Part shown: positions 1 to 9,200 of the stretch, piece by piece
Layout of the letters: every line of letters starts with the position of its first letter
Numbering within the stretch: position 1 is the stretch's first letter
IMG/VR virus record: IMGVR_UViG_3300005973_000002
Source of the DNA: a virus
Taxonomy: Duplodnaviria; Caudoviricetes
Length of the DNA stretch: 64,000 nt
Reading direction: 5' to 3' (one strand)
Notes under the pieces: model-generated
What the model saw: the letters and a program-made list of their open reading frames with translations, nothing else
The model's database searches: none
Told to the model about the DNA's origin: nothing
Made by a program: the position numbers and the translations under genes

Positions 1-209
1 TAACACTCATCATAGATAAAACTTTGAGTACCACCACAGCAGCAACCCCACTTGTCATAGTAGTTTTTGTCGGCTTTGGCATCATAAACAACCAACCTAA
101 CAAACATTCCACCTTGACCATCCGAGGGCAAGTCAGGATCATTTACTGGGAAATTGACAAAACCCGAAACTGCACTGGTTCGGCGCCTGCTTTTTTGTTT
201 GTTACTCAT
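1..209 (-). CDS. hypothetical protein, partial (runs off window start)
   Basis: Manual translation from ATG at 209 (MSNKQKSRRRTS...) is open to position 1; overlaps the stop of the 202..663 ORF. Confidence 0.55.
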   Translation of the reverse strand, partial: MSNKQKSRRRTSAVSGFVNFPVNDPDLPSDGQGGMFVRLVVYDAKADKNYYDKWGCCCGGTQSFIYDEC

Positions 210-663
210 ACACTTCCCCAGGCCAGTTTGCAATGTGCCAATTGTGTTCATCCATAATTTTAATCACTTTTTCTACAAAACTTCTCATGACGAGATTGCC
301 CTGAATTTTCGCAAAGATGACTTGTCCTTTTTTTGCTAAAACAGCATATCCGGCACAAGCCCAAAAATAATCTTGATTATATTCAACAATGCTATTTCCA
401 ACGTTTGCAATAAACGTGGAAAACGTAGTCGCATTCCTGCAAAGCTGAAAAAAATCTTTTCCTGTCATTGGCGGCCATGCAGATTCAAAATGAACACCAG
501 TATCTTTGTATTGACAAAGCTCGTGATTGCGAGCACAAGTATAACAAGGTTTTTCCCAATAGCCATGAGAATCCAACTTGCCACAACCAAAAGTAAGTCG
601 TCCACAGATTCCATAGGAAACCGAGCAATCGGGATTGTCACAGGCTTTTCCACGCAGAGTCAT
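202..663 (-). CDS. hypothetical Cys-rich protein
   Basis: 153-aa ORF, ATGA-coupled to the upstream gene; C-terminal Cys cluster (CDNPDC, CYTC). Confidence 0.65.
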   Translation of the reverse strand: MTLRGKACDNPDCSVSYGICGRLTFGCGKLDSHGYWEKPCYTCARNHELCQYKDTGVHFESAWPPMTGKDFFQLCRNATTFSTFIANVGNSIVEYNQDYFWACAGYAVLAKKGQVIFAKIQGNLVMRSFVEKVIKIMDEHNWHIANWPGEVYE

Positions 664-1022
664 TTGTTTACAATCTCCAATACTGGAAGCACGTCTTCAA
701 GTACCCAAACAAATCGATCCTCGTGAAGAAACTTTCCAGCATTTATTTTAATGTGCATGTCCGGCTTAGCCCTGGGAAAATTATGATAATATCTTGAACC
801 CAAATATTCTAAACGCAACTCAGTAAGCTCGTCCATTTCAACAAACAAAATGGGCGGTTTTTCTGTGGTCGCATAAAGATAGTAATGATGCAGTGGTCTT
901 TCTGGATTTTGGCTCGCCTGTGTAAATAAGATAATTGCCTCCCTGTTAGAGGGATATTTGGAGCTTTTAGGCCCAATTAAGCCTTCTTTGGGCTTGTATA
1001 GCTTTCCAGGAATTAATTTCAT
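660..1022 (-). CDS. small SH3/KOW-like family protein
   Basis: N-terminal LIPGKLYKP and C-terminal KFLHEDRFVWV fit the pattern shared by many small ORFs here. Confidence 0.6.
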   Translation of the reverse strand: MKLIPGKLYKPKEGLIGPKSSKYPSNREAIILFTQASQNPERPLHHYYLYATTEKPPILFVEMDELTELRLEYLGSRYYHNFPRAKPDMHIKINAGKFLHEDRFVWVLEDVLPVLEIVNK

Positions 1023-1035
1023 TTACTGACTTAAA

Positions 1036-1401
1036 CTAGGCCAACAACAAAAAAGCTAATCCTGCAACGCCTAGCAATAAAAGTGAAACGAGGATTTTTA
1101 GGAATGTGATGATAATTTTTTGAGACCAATTATTAGATTCTTCTTCTCTGAGTTCTTCTGTAATTGAAGCTCCGGGCCAAGGATAAAACTTTTCAGCTGC
1201 TCGGAAAGTAAGCCCGGCAAAACGCCCAAGTTCTTCGCACAGACTCATGTTTGAATCGTAAGTGTCGTCCCTGGGACGACTCCCGGCGCCAGAATGTTTC
1301 GCAAGATGACGAGAAGTCACCTTTTTATAGCATTCGCTTGCAGCATACAAAAGCGTTGCTTCTTGCGGTTCCAAAGAAAAATTATCGTTTCGCTTTACCA
1401 T
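1036..1401 (-). CDS. hypothetical protein with C-terminal transmembrane helix
   Basis: 121-aa ORF ending in a hydrophobic stretch. Confidence 0.6.
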   Translation of the reverse strand: MVKRNDNFSLEPQEATLLYAASECYKKVTSRHLAKHSGAGSRPRDDTYDSNMSLCEELGRFAGLTFRAAEKFYPWPGASITEELREEESNNWSQKIIITFLKILVSLLLLGVAGLAFLLLA

Positions 1402-1663
1402 TTGACCTCTCGATTACAGGCAGGTGCTCGCTTTTCTCCCATCGCACCAGCGTTTGTAGAGTTTTGCCTGCAAAATTTTTGATGCAACACCCAAGAATGC
1501 TTGCATTCTTTCGCCCTCTGCATCAATTTGAGCCCACCAACAACCACCTTCACACGGAGATTTTGAGCGTTCTGCCTGGTGTCGCCTTACAGAAATGTCT
1601 CAAGAATAGGTTCAGACACTTACTTGAGATCGCTCTTGCCCTGTTTCCAGGGGTAAATTTAGA

Positions 1664-1732
1664 TAGCACTAACGGATTTGAACCGTTAATCATGAGTTTT
1701 TAGAAGAAACCATGATATAACCAATGATGCTA
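1664..1732 (-). pseudogene. degenerate tRNA-like gene (Arg-TCT-like loop, damaged D arm)
   Basis: T arm AACGG-TTCAAAT-CCGTT; stem GGTTT/AAACT around CTTCTAA; acceptor TAGCATC/AGTGCTA; no recognisable D stem. Confidence 0.45.
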
Positions 1733-1737
1733 TCTTA

Positions 1738-1812
1738 GGAAACCAGCCCGGATTTGAACCGGAGTCTCCTCATAAAAATGAGGTATTTTTCCTGTTGTAA
1801 ACTACTGGCTTC
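1738..1812 (-). tRNA. tRNA-like gene, Lys(TTT)-like, with abnormal 6-nt anticodon loop (probably pseudo)
   Basis: Acceptor GAAGCCA/TGGTTTC, T arm CCGG-TTCAAAT-CCGG, anticodon stem CCTCA/TGAGG enclosing only TTTTTA; no CCA. Confidence 0.55.
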
Positions 1813-2236
1813 GATTTTATTTTAGTGGGGCTTCATAAGCATCAATAGAACCTTCACAGTAGAAACCCCACAGTAGGACTGCTCCGGTTTTTTATAAAAC
1901 AAAAAGAACATCTTAAGGCGAATCTCTTGCCATTTTCTTACTCGTTTAGTGTCTAAAATATTCAATGCTATTCCAAAATTAAATCACTCCAAGTCGGAAA
2001 ATAACTACTTCATTGCGATCGCCTTCCTTCATTATTATTTTGAGGATAACAGTTAGCATTACACTCTAATAGAGTGTCGCTGATTCAAGCGTTTCAATCT
2101 CAACCTCGTTTCGAGGACATGTTCAGTATAGCATTGACCAGAGACTCTCTGAACCGCTTATAAATTATTGTTACCTTGCTCGGATTCCTCCTCTTGCTTT
2201 GACCAGCGCATCTGTAGCGGAGCCTTTTTACCCATT

Positions 2237-2512
2237 TTATGTTACCTTTCTAAAGAAACGAGTGAATGAATCAGCCTTGCCGAATCGAAGGAGCCAAATC
2301 TTACCCTCGTGTAGAACCTTCACTCTATAAGGTCTATCATAATGCAAATGCGGAGCTGGTTTCAACTGGAATATGTCCAAAACCAAAAGAGGTGGCTCAG
2401 AAACAAAATAGGCTTTTTCTTCATAAGAATACTTGTCTTTGTGAACTAATCGAATTGAAATAAAATTGCGACTGTTCTTTTTTAGTTTTACTAAATCACC
2501 AACTCTAATCAT
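2237..2512 (-). CDS. small SH3/KOW-like family protein
   Basis: MIRVGDLVKLK ... KVLHEGKIWLL. Confidence 0.65.
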   Translation of the reverse strand: MIRVGDLVKLKKNSRNFISIRLVHKDKYSYEEKAYFVSEPPLLVLDIFQLKPAPHLHYDRPYRVKVLHEGKIWLLRFGKADSFTRFFRKVT

Positions 2513-2541
2513 TATTGCTCTATTTGTTTTTCATTTTAATT

Positions 2542-2688
2542 TTAGAAAGTTGCAAGCAAAGCAATTAGAGCAAAAGCTCCTAACGCAATTAGGCAAAAGC
2601 TGACGATTGAAAGTACAATAAGAACAATTCCCACCCAAAAGGCAACTTCGGCAACATTAGATAGAAAGTCAAGTATACGAACAAGCAT
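2542..2688 (-). CDS. 48-aa hydrophobic membrane protein
   Basis: Manual translation MLVRILDFLSNVAEVAFWVGIVLIVLSIVSFCLIALGAFALIALLATF; below ORF-track cutoff. Confidence 0.5.
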   Translation of the reverse strand: MLVRILDFLSNVAEVAFWVGIVLIVLSIVSFCLIALGAFALIALLATF

Positions 2689-2745
2689 TTTCTTTCCCAG
2701 GTCGGAGGGTTATTTATTTCGATTTCGATCCGCTTTGGCATATTC

Positions 2746-3135
2746 TTACAGGGGCATCAAATACTTGCAGCACTCTATTTCATTACCCCATAGTACATAA
2801 CTTGTTTTTTCTTCATTGAGAGTAAGCAGCATTTTCAGAAATCTATCTTTTTCAGTTTCGAAAACATCACCAAGAAATAGTAGCGTATCACCATAACGAG
2901 CATAGTGTGCGCTATTGCCTTCTTGTTCATAAGAACGAAAGTTACTAACATAGTAGCTTTTTGGGTTTGAAACAAACCTCAATATCCGTTCAAGCGGATC
3001 GTCATCAACAACTGTCCACAAACTTCCCTTGCCAGCCAAAATAATTGGATTGTTGAAAACTACTGTTATTGCTTTATGAAAGCATCCATTCTCGTCTAGA
3101 TATGCAACGCTTCCTATGTCTAGGGACAATGTCAC
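2746..3135 (-). CDS. hypothetical protein (possibly SH3-like family)
   Basis: 129-aa ORF coupled to the deaminase stop; LDIGSVAYL start. Confidence 0.6.
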   Translation of the reverse strand: MTLSLDIGSVAYLDENGCFHKAITVVFNNPIILAGKGSLWTVVDDDPLERILRFVSNPKSYYVSNFRSYEQEGNSAHYARYGDTLLFLGDVFETEKDRFLKMLLTLNEEKTSYVLWGNEIECCKYLMPL

Positions 3136-3557
3136 TGATACCTCTTTGCAGGATTGACAACCTTCATAACACCGTACTCGTTGTCATTGATCGAATAATA
3201 AGCACGACGGATGCCATAGTTGAAAAGTACATGTTCGCAAATTTCACACGGCTTTGCCATGCCAAGCCCACCAGAGGGCTTAATACGAACCACATAAATC
3301 TTGGTTCCCCGAAGATCAAGCTTGCCTCGTGCCCTCAAAACAGCATCCATCTCAGCATGGGTGGAGAGGCAGTAGTCACGCTCACCTCGAACGAGGTCTG
3401 CAAAATGCTCAACAAATCCATTGGTAGACTTCTTGTTGAAGCCAACACTCAAGATGTTGCCACCCTTTACGATAAGGGCACAGAGGTAATACCCCAACAA
3501 TTCATCATACTCGTGTTCAAGTGCAAGCTTTTCTGCGGACTTTAGATACTTTAACAT
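3132..3557 (-). CDS. cytidine/dCMP deaminase-family zinc enzyme
   Basis: HAE and PCEIC zinc-binding motifs. Confidence 0.85.
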   Translation of the reverse strand: MLKYLKSAEKLALEHEYDELLGYYLCALIVKGGNILSVGFNKKSTNGFVEHFADLVRGERDYCLSTHAEMDAVLRARGKLDLRGTKIYVVRIKPSGGLGMAKPCEICEHVLFNYGIRRAYYSINDNEYGVMKVVNPAKRYQ

Positions 3558-3876
3558 TTTGCTTCCATGTTTGGTTGATATAAAAGCCTAAACTTGTGCC
3601 CAAACTCACAAGAAAACATTACCACTTTGATAATTTTTTCCCCTGCTAGAAACCGATGAACCTTTTGGGAAGCACCTTTTGGGAAGCACCTTTCCCGAAA
3701 TATCTTCCCTTGAAGGGTCTTCCGAGCGATTTACCAACGCCCAAAAACAAGAATTTGGTATCATCTTCAAAACTTTGGTTTGTTCTAATTCCATCATCGG
3801 TCTTGATGTCCAAAGTCTGCCCTGTCCGCAGAATATACACCTTTCCTACTCTTTGGTCATGTTTCGGCGTCGGCAT
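3551..3876 (-). pseudogene. SH3-like family gene frameshifted by a 14-bp tandem duplication
   Basis: Removing one 14-bp copy gives a 103-aa ORF (MPTPKHDQRVGKVYIL...QKVHRFLAGEKIIKVV...EAKC*) whose stop overlaps the deaminase ATG. Confidence 0.65.
3660..3693. repeat. perfect 14-bp tandem repeat (accttttgggaagc x2 plus partial)
   Basis: Read directly from the sequence. Confidence 0.95.
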
Positions 3877-3949
3877 ACGTCTATGTTTTCTTTTGTATCC
3901 CACATGAAGAATATAACAAATAGTCAAGCCAGATTCAACCACAATAAAT

Positions 3950-3983
3950 AAAAACCCCCCCCGGAAACCGGAGGGGGTTTTTT
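3950..3983. terminator. Rho-independent terminator
   Basis: GC-rich inverted repeat aaaacccc..ccgg-aaa-ccgg..ggggttttt flanked by A/T runs. Confidence 0.8.
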
Positions 3984-4038
3984 GTCTTTATAGGCAAACT
4001 AAGGCTTGGCTATCAGGATAAAGAATAGGTAATAGCAC

Positions 4039-4389
4039 CTATCCAATGGTAGGCTGGGTCTTTCCCTCCACCCGGTCTTTAATTGCACCAATTAGCTGTT
4101 CCACGGAATCTTGATCAGGATTCTGCGTCCAAGCCGTGCGCCAAACATAGCCGAGAGCTTCATACTCGTTTGTTGCCAAAAAGGGAGAAAGCTGACGGTA
4201 GGTACCAGCAAGTTCAACCCAGCTATCATTTGAAAACCCACTAAGCACACCTTCCTGGAAGGAATCCAGGAGTTTGTGAATGTGCTTAATGGTACGCATT
4301 TTATTGCGTTCTGCCCGACGACGGCGCCTTGTTGTCTTATCACTATCTTTGGATTGACTATCGCTGTTTTTAACAGAATCCTTGCTCAT
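4039..4389 (-). CDS. hypothetical protein
   Basis: ORF 4039..4452; likely start MSKDSVKN; basic N-terminal tract. Confidence 0.6.
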   Translation of the reverse strand: MSKDSVKNSDSQSKDSDKTTRRRRRAERNKMRTIKHIHKLLDSFQEGVLSGFSNDSWVELAGTYRQLSPFLATNEYEALGYVWRTAWTQNPDQDSVEQLIGAIKDRVEGKTQPTIG

Positions 4390-4486
4390 TATATCACCAT
4401 GTAAATGTTTAGGGTTAGTTTTGTGGCTTGAGCCACTTAGGAAGAATATCATCCAAGCTAATGCTTGTAAACCAATTGAGGCTGCT

Positions 4487-4807
4487 CTATAATAAGATAT
4501 TAAAAATATTCAAGGGGTTGGTAGCGCAGAAAAAATATCTGACTTTGTCGGCGTCGAGCAAAGTGAATATAATTCGACCGGTGAGTCGGCATTCATAATA
4601 TTCTGGAGCGGAGGAAACCACCAAATAAATTCTTTCTTTGTTGATTTTAGTTTGTTCGTATGGCTCTTTTGGGGAATCCCAAAGATACGTTTCAGAAAAA
4701 TTCTGTATCTGTGTCGAACGTACTTTAAATTTGACTAGCGAACCATCGGGTATGGTATCCCACGATTGTAAGATTTTAGACATGCTCTGAATAGTCAACT
4801 GGTTCAA
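4487..4807 (-). CDS. small SH3/KOW-like family protein
   Basis: IPDGSLVKFK ... FTLLDADKVRYF. Confidence 0.6.
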   Translation of the reverse strand: MNQLTIQSMSKILQSWDTIPDGSLVKFKVRSTQIQNFSETYLWDSPKEPYEQTKINKERIYLVVSSAPEYYECRLTGRIIFTLLDADKVRYFFCATNPLNIFNILL

Positions 4808-5093
4808 TATACTCTTCTAGTCCAACCACGGTCACCATAAAACACAATGACTTACCTCGAAGGAATGTAACCATGTGTCTTTTTATTTGTGTACCATGCC
4901 CATATTGTAGAAAAAAAGTGTCTTCTGTTGGACTGTTCGTTATAAACAGTATTTCATTTTTCTTTATTCGAACATGTCTTAAAGTTTTTCGTTGATCCCT
5001 AGGAAGAGATTGTTCGACATGCCAATCAATAGAAATTTCACTAGCCTCAAAATCTGATTTCGCAAGTACCAGTTGGCCGGGCCGAATATCCAC
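4776..5093 (-). CDS. small SH3/KOW-like family protein
   Basis: IRPGQLVLAK ... VTFLRGKSLCFM. Confidence 0.6.
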   Translation of the reverse strand: MDIRPGQLVLAKSDFEASEISIDWHVEQSLPRDQRKTLRHVRIKKNEILFITNSPTEDTFFLQYGHGTQIKRHMVTFLRGKSLCFMVTVVGLEEYIEPVDYSEHV

Positions 5094-5162
5094 ATATACT
5101 AAATAGCCAAACGACCATGGACTTACGGTTGACAGACATTAATGATCCTAATTGCTAGTTTG

Positions 5163-5630
5163 TCAAATGATCATATCTCCAATGGCGAGATGCTGATAAT
5201 CAATTTCAATTGCCAATTCAGCGGGAGAAGGTCGCTCCTTAGCAACAAATCCAAAATCAACAGCTTGAATTCTGGCACCGACGAATCGCCAAGTGGATAA
5301 AACTTCCTTTTCATCGTCATCCAAGAAAGCGATTTCAAACTTCTTAAATCCTTTTTCAGCAGCCGTAAGAACCTTCACGAACAGATCATTTTTGTGATCA
5401 CTTGCAAACCCTAACAACAAAAGACCCTTTTCCTTGTACCCCACTCCTGGATTGAAGATAAATTTAGGAAGGACAATGCTTTTGGGTTGGATATCAATAT
5501 GATCGCACTTTAAACGATAATGATCGTAGAACGACTGCCGACCTTCTTCAACTGGCTCTGGCAGATGAAAAGTTTTGCCAGCCTCGATGGGAGTAAAAAA
5601 ATTTTCGGATGATTCGTGTTCTTCTGACAT
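5163..5630 (-). CDS. T4 gp19-like tail tube protein homolog
   Basis: C-terminal EIAFLDDDEKEVLSTWRFVGARIQAVDFG...LAIEIDY resembles the tail-tube pattern L.LLD..G....W.L.GA....V.FG.......LTLRYD. Confidence 0.6.
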   Translation of the reverse strand: MSEEHESSENFFTPIEAGKTFHLPEPVEEGRQSFYDHYRLKCDHIDIQPKSIVLPKFIFNPGVGYKEKGLLLLGFASDHKNDLFVKVLTAAEKGFKKFEIAFLDDDEKEVLSTWRFVGARIQAVDFGFVAKERPSPAELAIEIDYQHLAIGDMII

Positions 5631-5719
5631 ACGCTCATTCTGTTTGTAAAAGACAAGTTATAAAGGCTCATCAAACCAAATCTCGAACCTTTTTTAGGTT
5701 ATCGTAACCGTGTCGGAGT

Positions 5720-6280
5720 TTAAACTCTAGGGTTTTTAGCCAAGGCCCTTGCAGCTTCCTCGTGTGTAGAACCCCAATAATGATCTTCGCCTCGACAAAT
5801 CGCAGTTAGCTTATTGGCCAAACCTTTTCCTAGGTGACCCATCAAAATCCACCATAGCACACAAAAGAGCACAGACCAGCCACCCATTAAAACTAATGTA
5901 ATTGGTAAAAGAATGAGTGCTTGAACAAGCGAAAGCAGATTTGCACCTTCGGCCTGTTCTGTGTGTACATGTTCATGTATTTGTGTTGGGTGAGGAACTT
6001 CTCTTTCTTCTGGCCACAGATCAATTTGCCTGTATAGCATGGCATGAGCAGTTATGGTAAGACCACCCCACCACGAGCGCTTGTCAAGCCAACTGTCTTT
6101 TTTAAGTTTTGCTCGAAGAACTCCAGCTTCCCACTTTAAAGTCCCCTTTTCTCCCCAGAGAAGGTAAGCGCCCAAAACTGCAAGCCATCCAAAAATATCA
6201 TTTGAAATGCTCGCAACATACAGGACCAACCTGGTCCATTTCCACTCACTTAAAATTACCACGGCTTTTTCTTTTGTCAT
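5720..6280 (-). CDS. membrane protein with HExxH motif (zincin-like?)
   Basis: HEHVH..Q motif, two hydrophobic segments, late HEEAAR. Confidence 0.5.
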   Translation of the reverse strand: MTKEKAVVILSEWKWTRLVLYVASISNDIFGWLAVLGAYLLWGEKGTLKWEAGVLRAKLKKDSWLDKRSWWGGLTITAHAMLYRQIDLWPEEREVPHPTQIHEHVHTEQAEGANLLSLVQALILLPITLVLMGGWSVLFCVLWWILMGHLGKGLANKLTAICRGEDHYWGSTHEEAARALAKNPRV

Positions 6281-6293
6281 TTTATTTCCCTTC

Positions 6294-9200
6294 TTAGAAT
6301 GTTGTAACTTTAGATTCGGTACCATCATTCTTAACTTCAATTATTCTATCAGCCACTTCTTTAATTTGGGTAACATGAGAAATCACCAAAATTGTTTTAA
6401 AGTATCCCCTAAGAAACGTAAGCATTTCCATGGAACTTTGAATATTTTCTTCGTCTAAAGCGCCAAAACCTTCATCAATGATGAGGATGTCGGATTTTGG
6501 AAGTGAGGAAAGATTACTCAGGGCAACTCTCAGTGCAAGGCTTGCCAAAGTTTTTTCCATTCCAGAAGCCAATTCAATAATTCTTGAACTATGTCCGTCT
6601 TCAATATAGACGTCCATTACATTTGATTTAACATCAGTTTCCAGTGATATTTTGAATTCAACAATTCCTTCAAGAATTTTATTCAACTCTTGATTGATAG
6701 CGGGAAGTTGCGACTTCAAAACCATTGCAGGAATTCCTGTCTTCGAAAAAGCCGCTACAATAGAATCGTAAATCTTAAGCTTTTTGATAAGAGATTTGGT
6801 TTCCTCTTCTTCTAAAAGAAGCCGCTTCAATGATTCTTGTTGGCCGCCAAGCTCTCTAATAATGTCGGTTTTCTTAGACTCTAAGGAATGAATAGTATCT
6901 CTTATTCTGTCGAGCGATTCTTTCTTTCGTTCAAATTCTTTACCTTCAAGAATATCAACCGTCTTTTGGAGCCTGACAAGCTCTTTCTTGGTTTTCTTGA
7001 TTTCAGCTTTGATACTGGTAATTTGAGAGCGTATGTGATTTCGGTTATTTCGGGCAGACTCTAACTTAGAAGAAAGTTCAAATTCCTCCCGATCGAGCTT
7101 TCTGTACTCCTCAATGCTTTCCTTGATCCTTTTGGCGATGTACTCCTCAAAGGTAGCTTCAGCATTAGAATACTGTTCTGAAAGCTTGTTTACGGTTTCT
7201 GCTTGTTTGGCAACCTTTTTCTTATCTCGGTGACCATCACGAATATAATGACAATCTGGAAATTGATCGCCACAAGGTACAACGTTTAATTTTTTTACAT
7301 TCTTTTTCTGGTTTTCCAAAATTGCTTTCTGCGAATTCAACTCATGCTTTAACTCATGCATGGTTGCTTTTAAAGCTTCAAAGCTTTCGAGTTCAGCGTT
7401 CAGAACATCAATGTTGTACTTACGCTTGGCAGAAGTTGTTGTTTTCAAAGCTTTGCCTGTGTCTCGAACTGTTTTTCTCGTTTTTTCCAGTTCAGTTGAC
7501 TTGGCCATGTACTTATCTTCAAGTTCCTTGATTTTCTTTTCAAGTGCATCTATTTGTGCCAAATCAACTTCGGCTGCACTCTTCTCATGATGCATTAGCC
7601 AAAGCTTGATCTCATCCTTTTGTTCTCGATGCTTGAAAATTCTCTCTGTGAGAACCTCAATACTCTTCTCAAGGTCGCTAGCTCTTTTACGAGCCTTTTT
7701 GATTTGATTCACGATAGATTCAGGCGATAGATAACTGCCCTTTGAATTTAGGCTATTGTAATCATCTTTGCAAAGCGAATAAAGTTTTTCAAAAATGTCA
7801 AGTTCGAGGAATCTTGCTAGAATCTTTTTTCTGTCTGTCGGCCCCTCTTTGATAAACTTGTCAACTGAGCCTTGCGAAGAAAGAGCCGTCAGCAAAAAAT
7901 CATTCGATGTGCCAATAAGGTTTCTGATTTGCTTGTCGGTATCGTCTCTACTGATAGAGTTCTCAGAAATTTTCTTCTCAACACCATGCTCTTCATCCCA
8001 TTCAATCCGACAGAAATTCAAAGTAGTGGTTGTTTTGTCAGGGTCATATTTTCTCTTATTCCTCTTGGGAATGACTCTTTGACTTTGACGTTCAATTATA
8101 TAATCAGTGCCACCAACACTAATTCGTACCTTTGCTTTGCAGTAGTTTTTGTTTTTGTTGATTATGTGGGCAGTTTTCATTGGGCCACGATCAGTCGTAT
8201 TGTAAAGTGCGTACATAATGGCGCCCACTATCGAAGAATTGTGAGTTGGAACATAATTTCGACCAAACAAAAAAGAGTGGTCTGGGCTATCTACCACCAA
8301 ACATTGGACTGGAATCGAAGGAACCGGTTTAATGTCAACAACATAACGTCGCTTTGTTCTGTCTGCAAAAGCATTTTTTACTGCCCTAATTCTGTTTGCT
8401 TTTCTTGAAAGTCTGAAAGGACAAATATCATTTTTATGTGGCGTAAAGGAAACTCTATATCTTTTGCTGATTGTTTTGCCATAAAGCTTAGCGTCTTCAA
8501 CTCTGATGGTTGTTTTAAATCCTAGACTGCATGCTAGTTCTTTTACCTGATGAGCAAGTTTTTCGTCACATTGGCAAAATTCCACCAACCCTGACTTGGA
8601 ACAACTGCCATCTGTGTCCATAAGACCTTGCAATAAGGAAATTCTTTCAGGTACAGAAGCAATCATATACATACTGGGAATATGCTTGTTTCCAAGCACA
8701 CCTAGACTACGGAGGCGGGGTGACAACAACTTTACCGTAAATGAACCTGGTCGTTTCTTCTCAAGGATCGTTTCACCAGATTTTTTTATGTTTTCAAGAA
8801 TTTCTTCATCGAAACAAGTAATTTCTGAACTGTGCGAATGGCCATCACCAAGCCAGCAACCTAACACGTATGGATCAAGGGGTAAAAATCGTTTTGGGTA
8901 TTGTACTGGTGAACAATTTGTAATTGACCAATGGTTTACTTTGTTTTTACCCACAGAAAAGGTTTGAGACTCAAACATTTGTTTGGTGGTAACAACTTTT
9001 TTATGTGATTTTGTAAGTTTTCTCTGTTTGGCCATTGCCTTGTGATCATTAACGATCCATTGATGATCTGCATCAGCCACCACCTTAGTTCCATCTGAAA
9101 ATACAAGTTCATAGCATTTATGCTCTGTATAAATTGGACTTTTTGCAGTAACACGACATGGCCTACCATTAGAATCAAACACAAAATCGTTCGTAGTGAT

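Noticed and set aside
1251-1703. 150-aa + strand ORF
   Set aside because: Antisense to a real gene and to a tRNA-like element, with no recognisable motifs; likely a shadow ORF, like most short ORFs antisense to long genes in the track
1820-2230. tmRNA or RNase P RNA
   Set aside because: Only weak resemblance (GAGGAGGAATCCGAGC, GCCCCACTA); the required conserved ends and T arm were not found, so it is kept only as an unnamed candidate ncRNA
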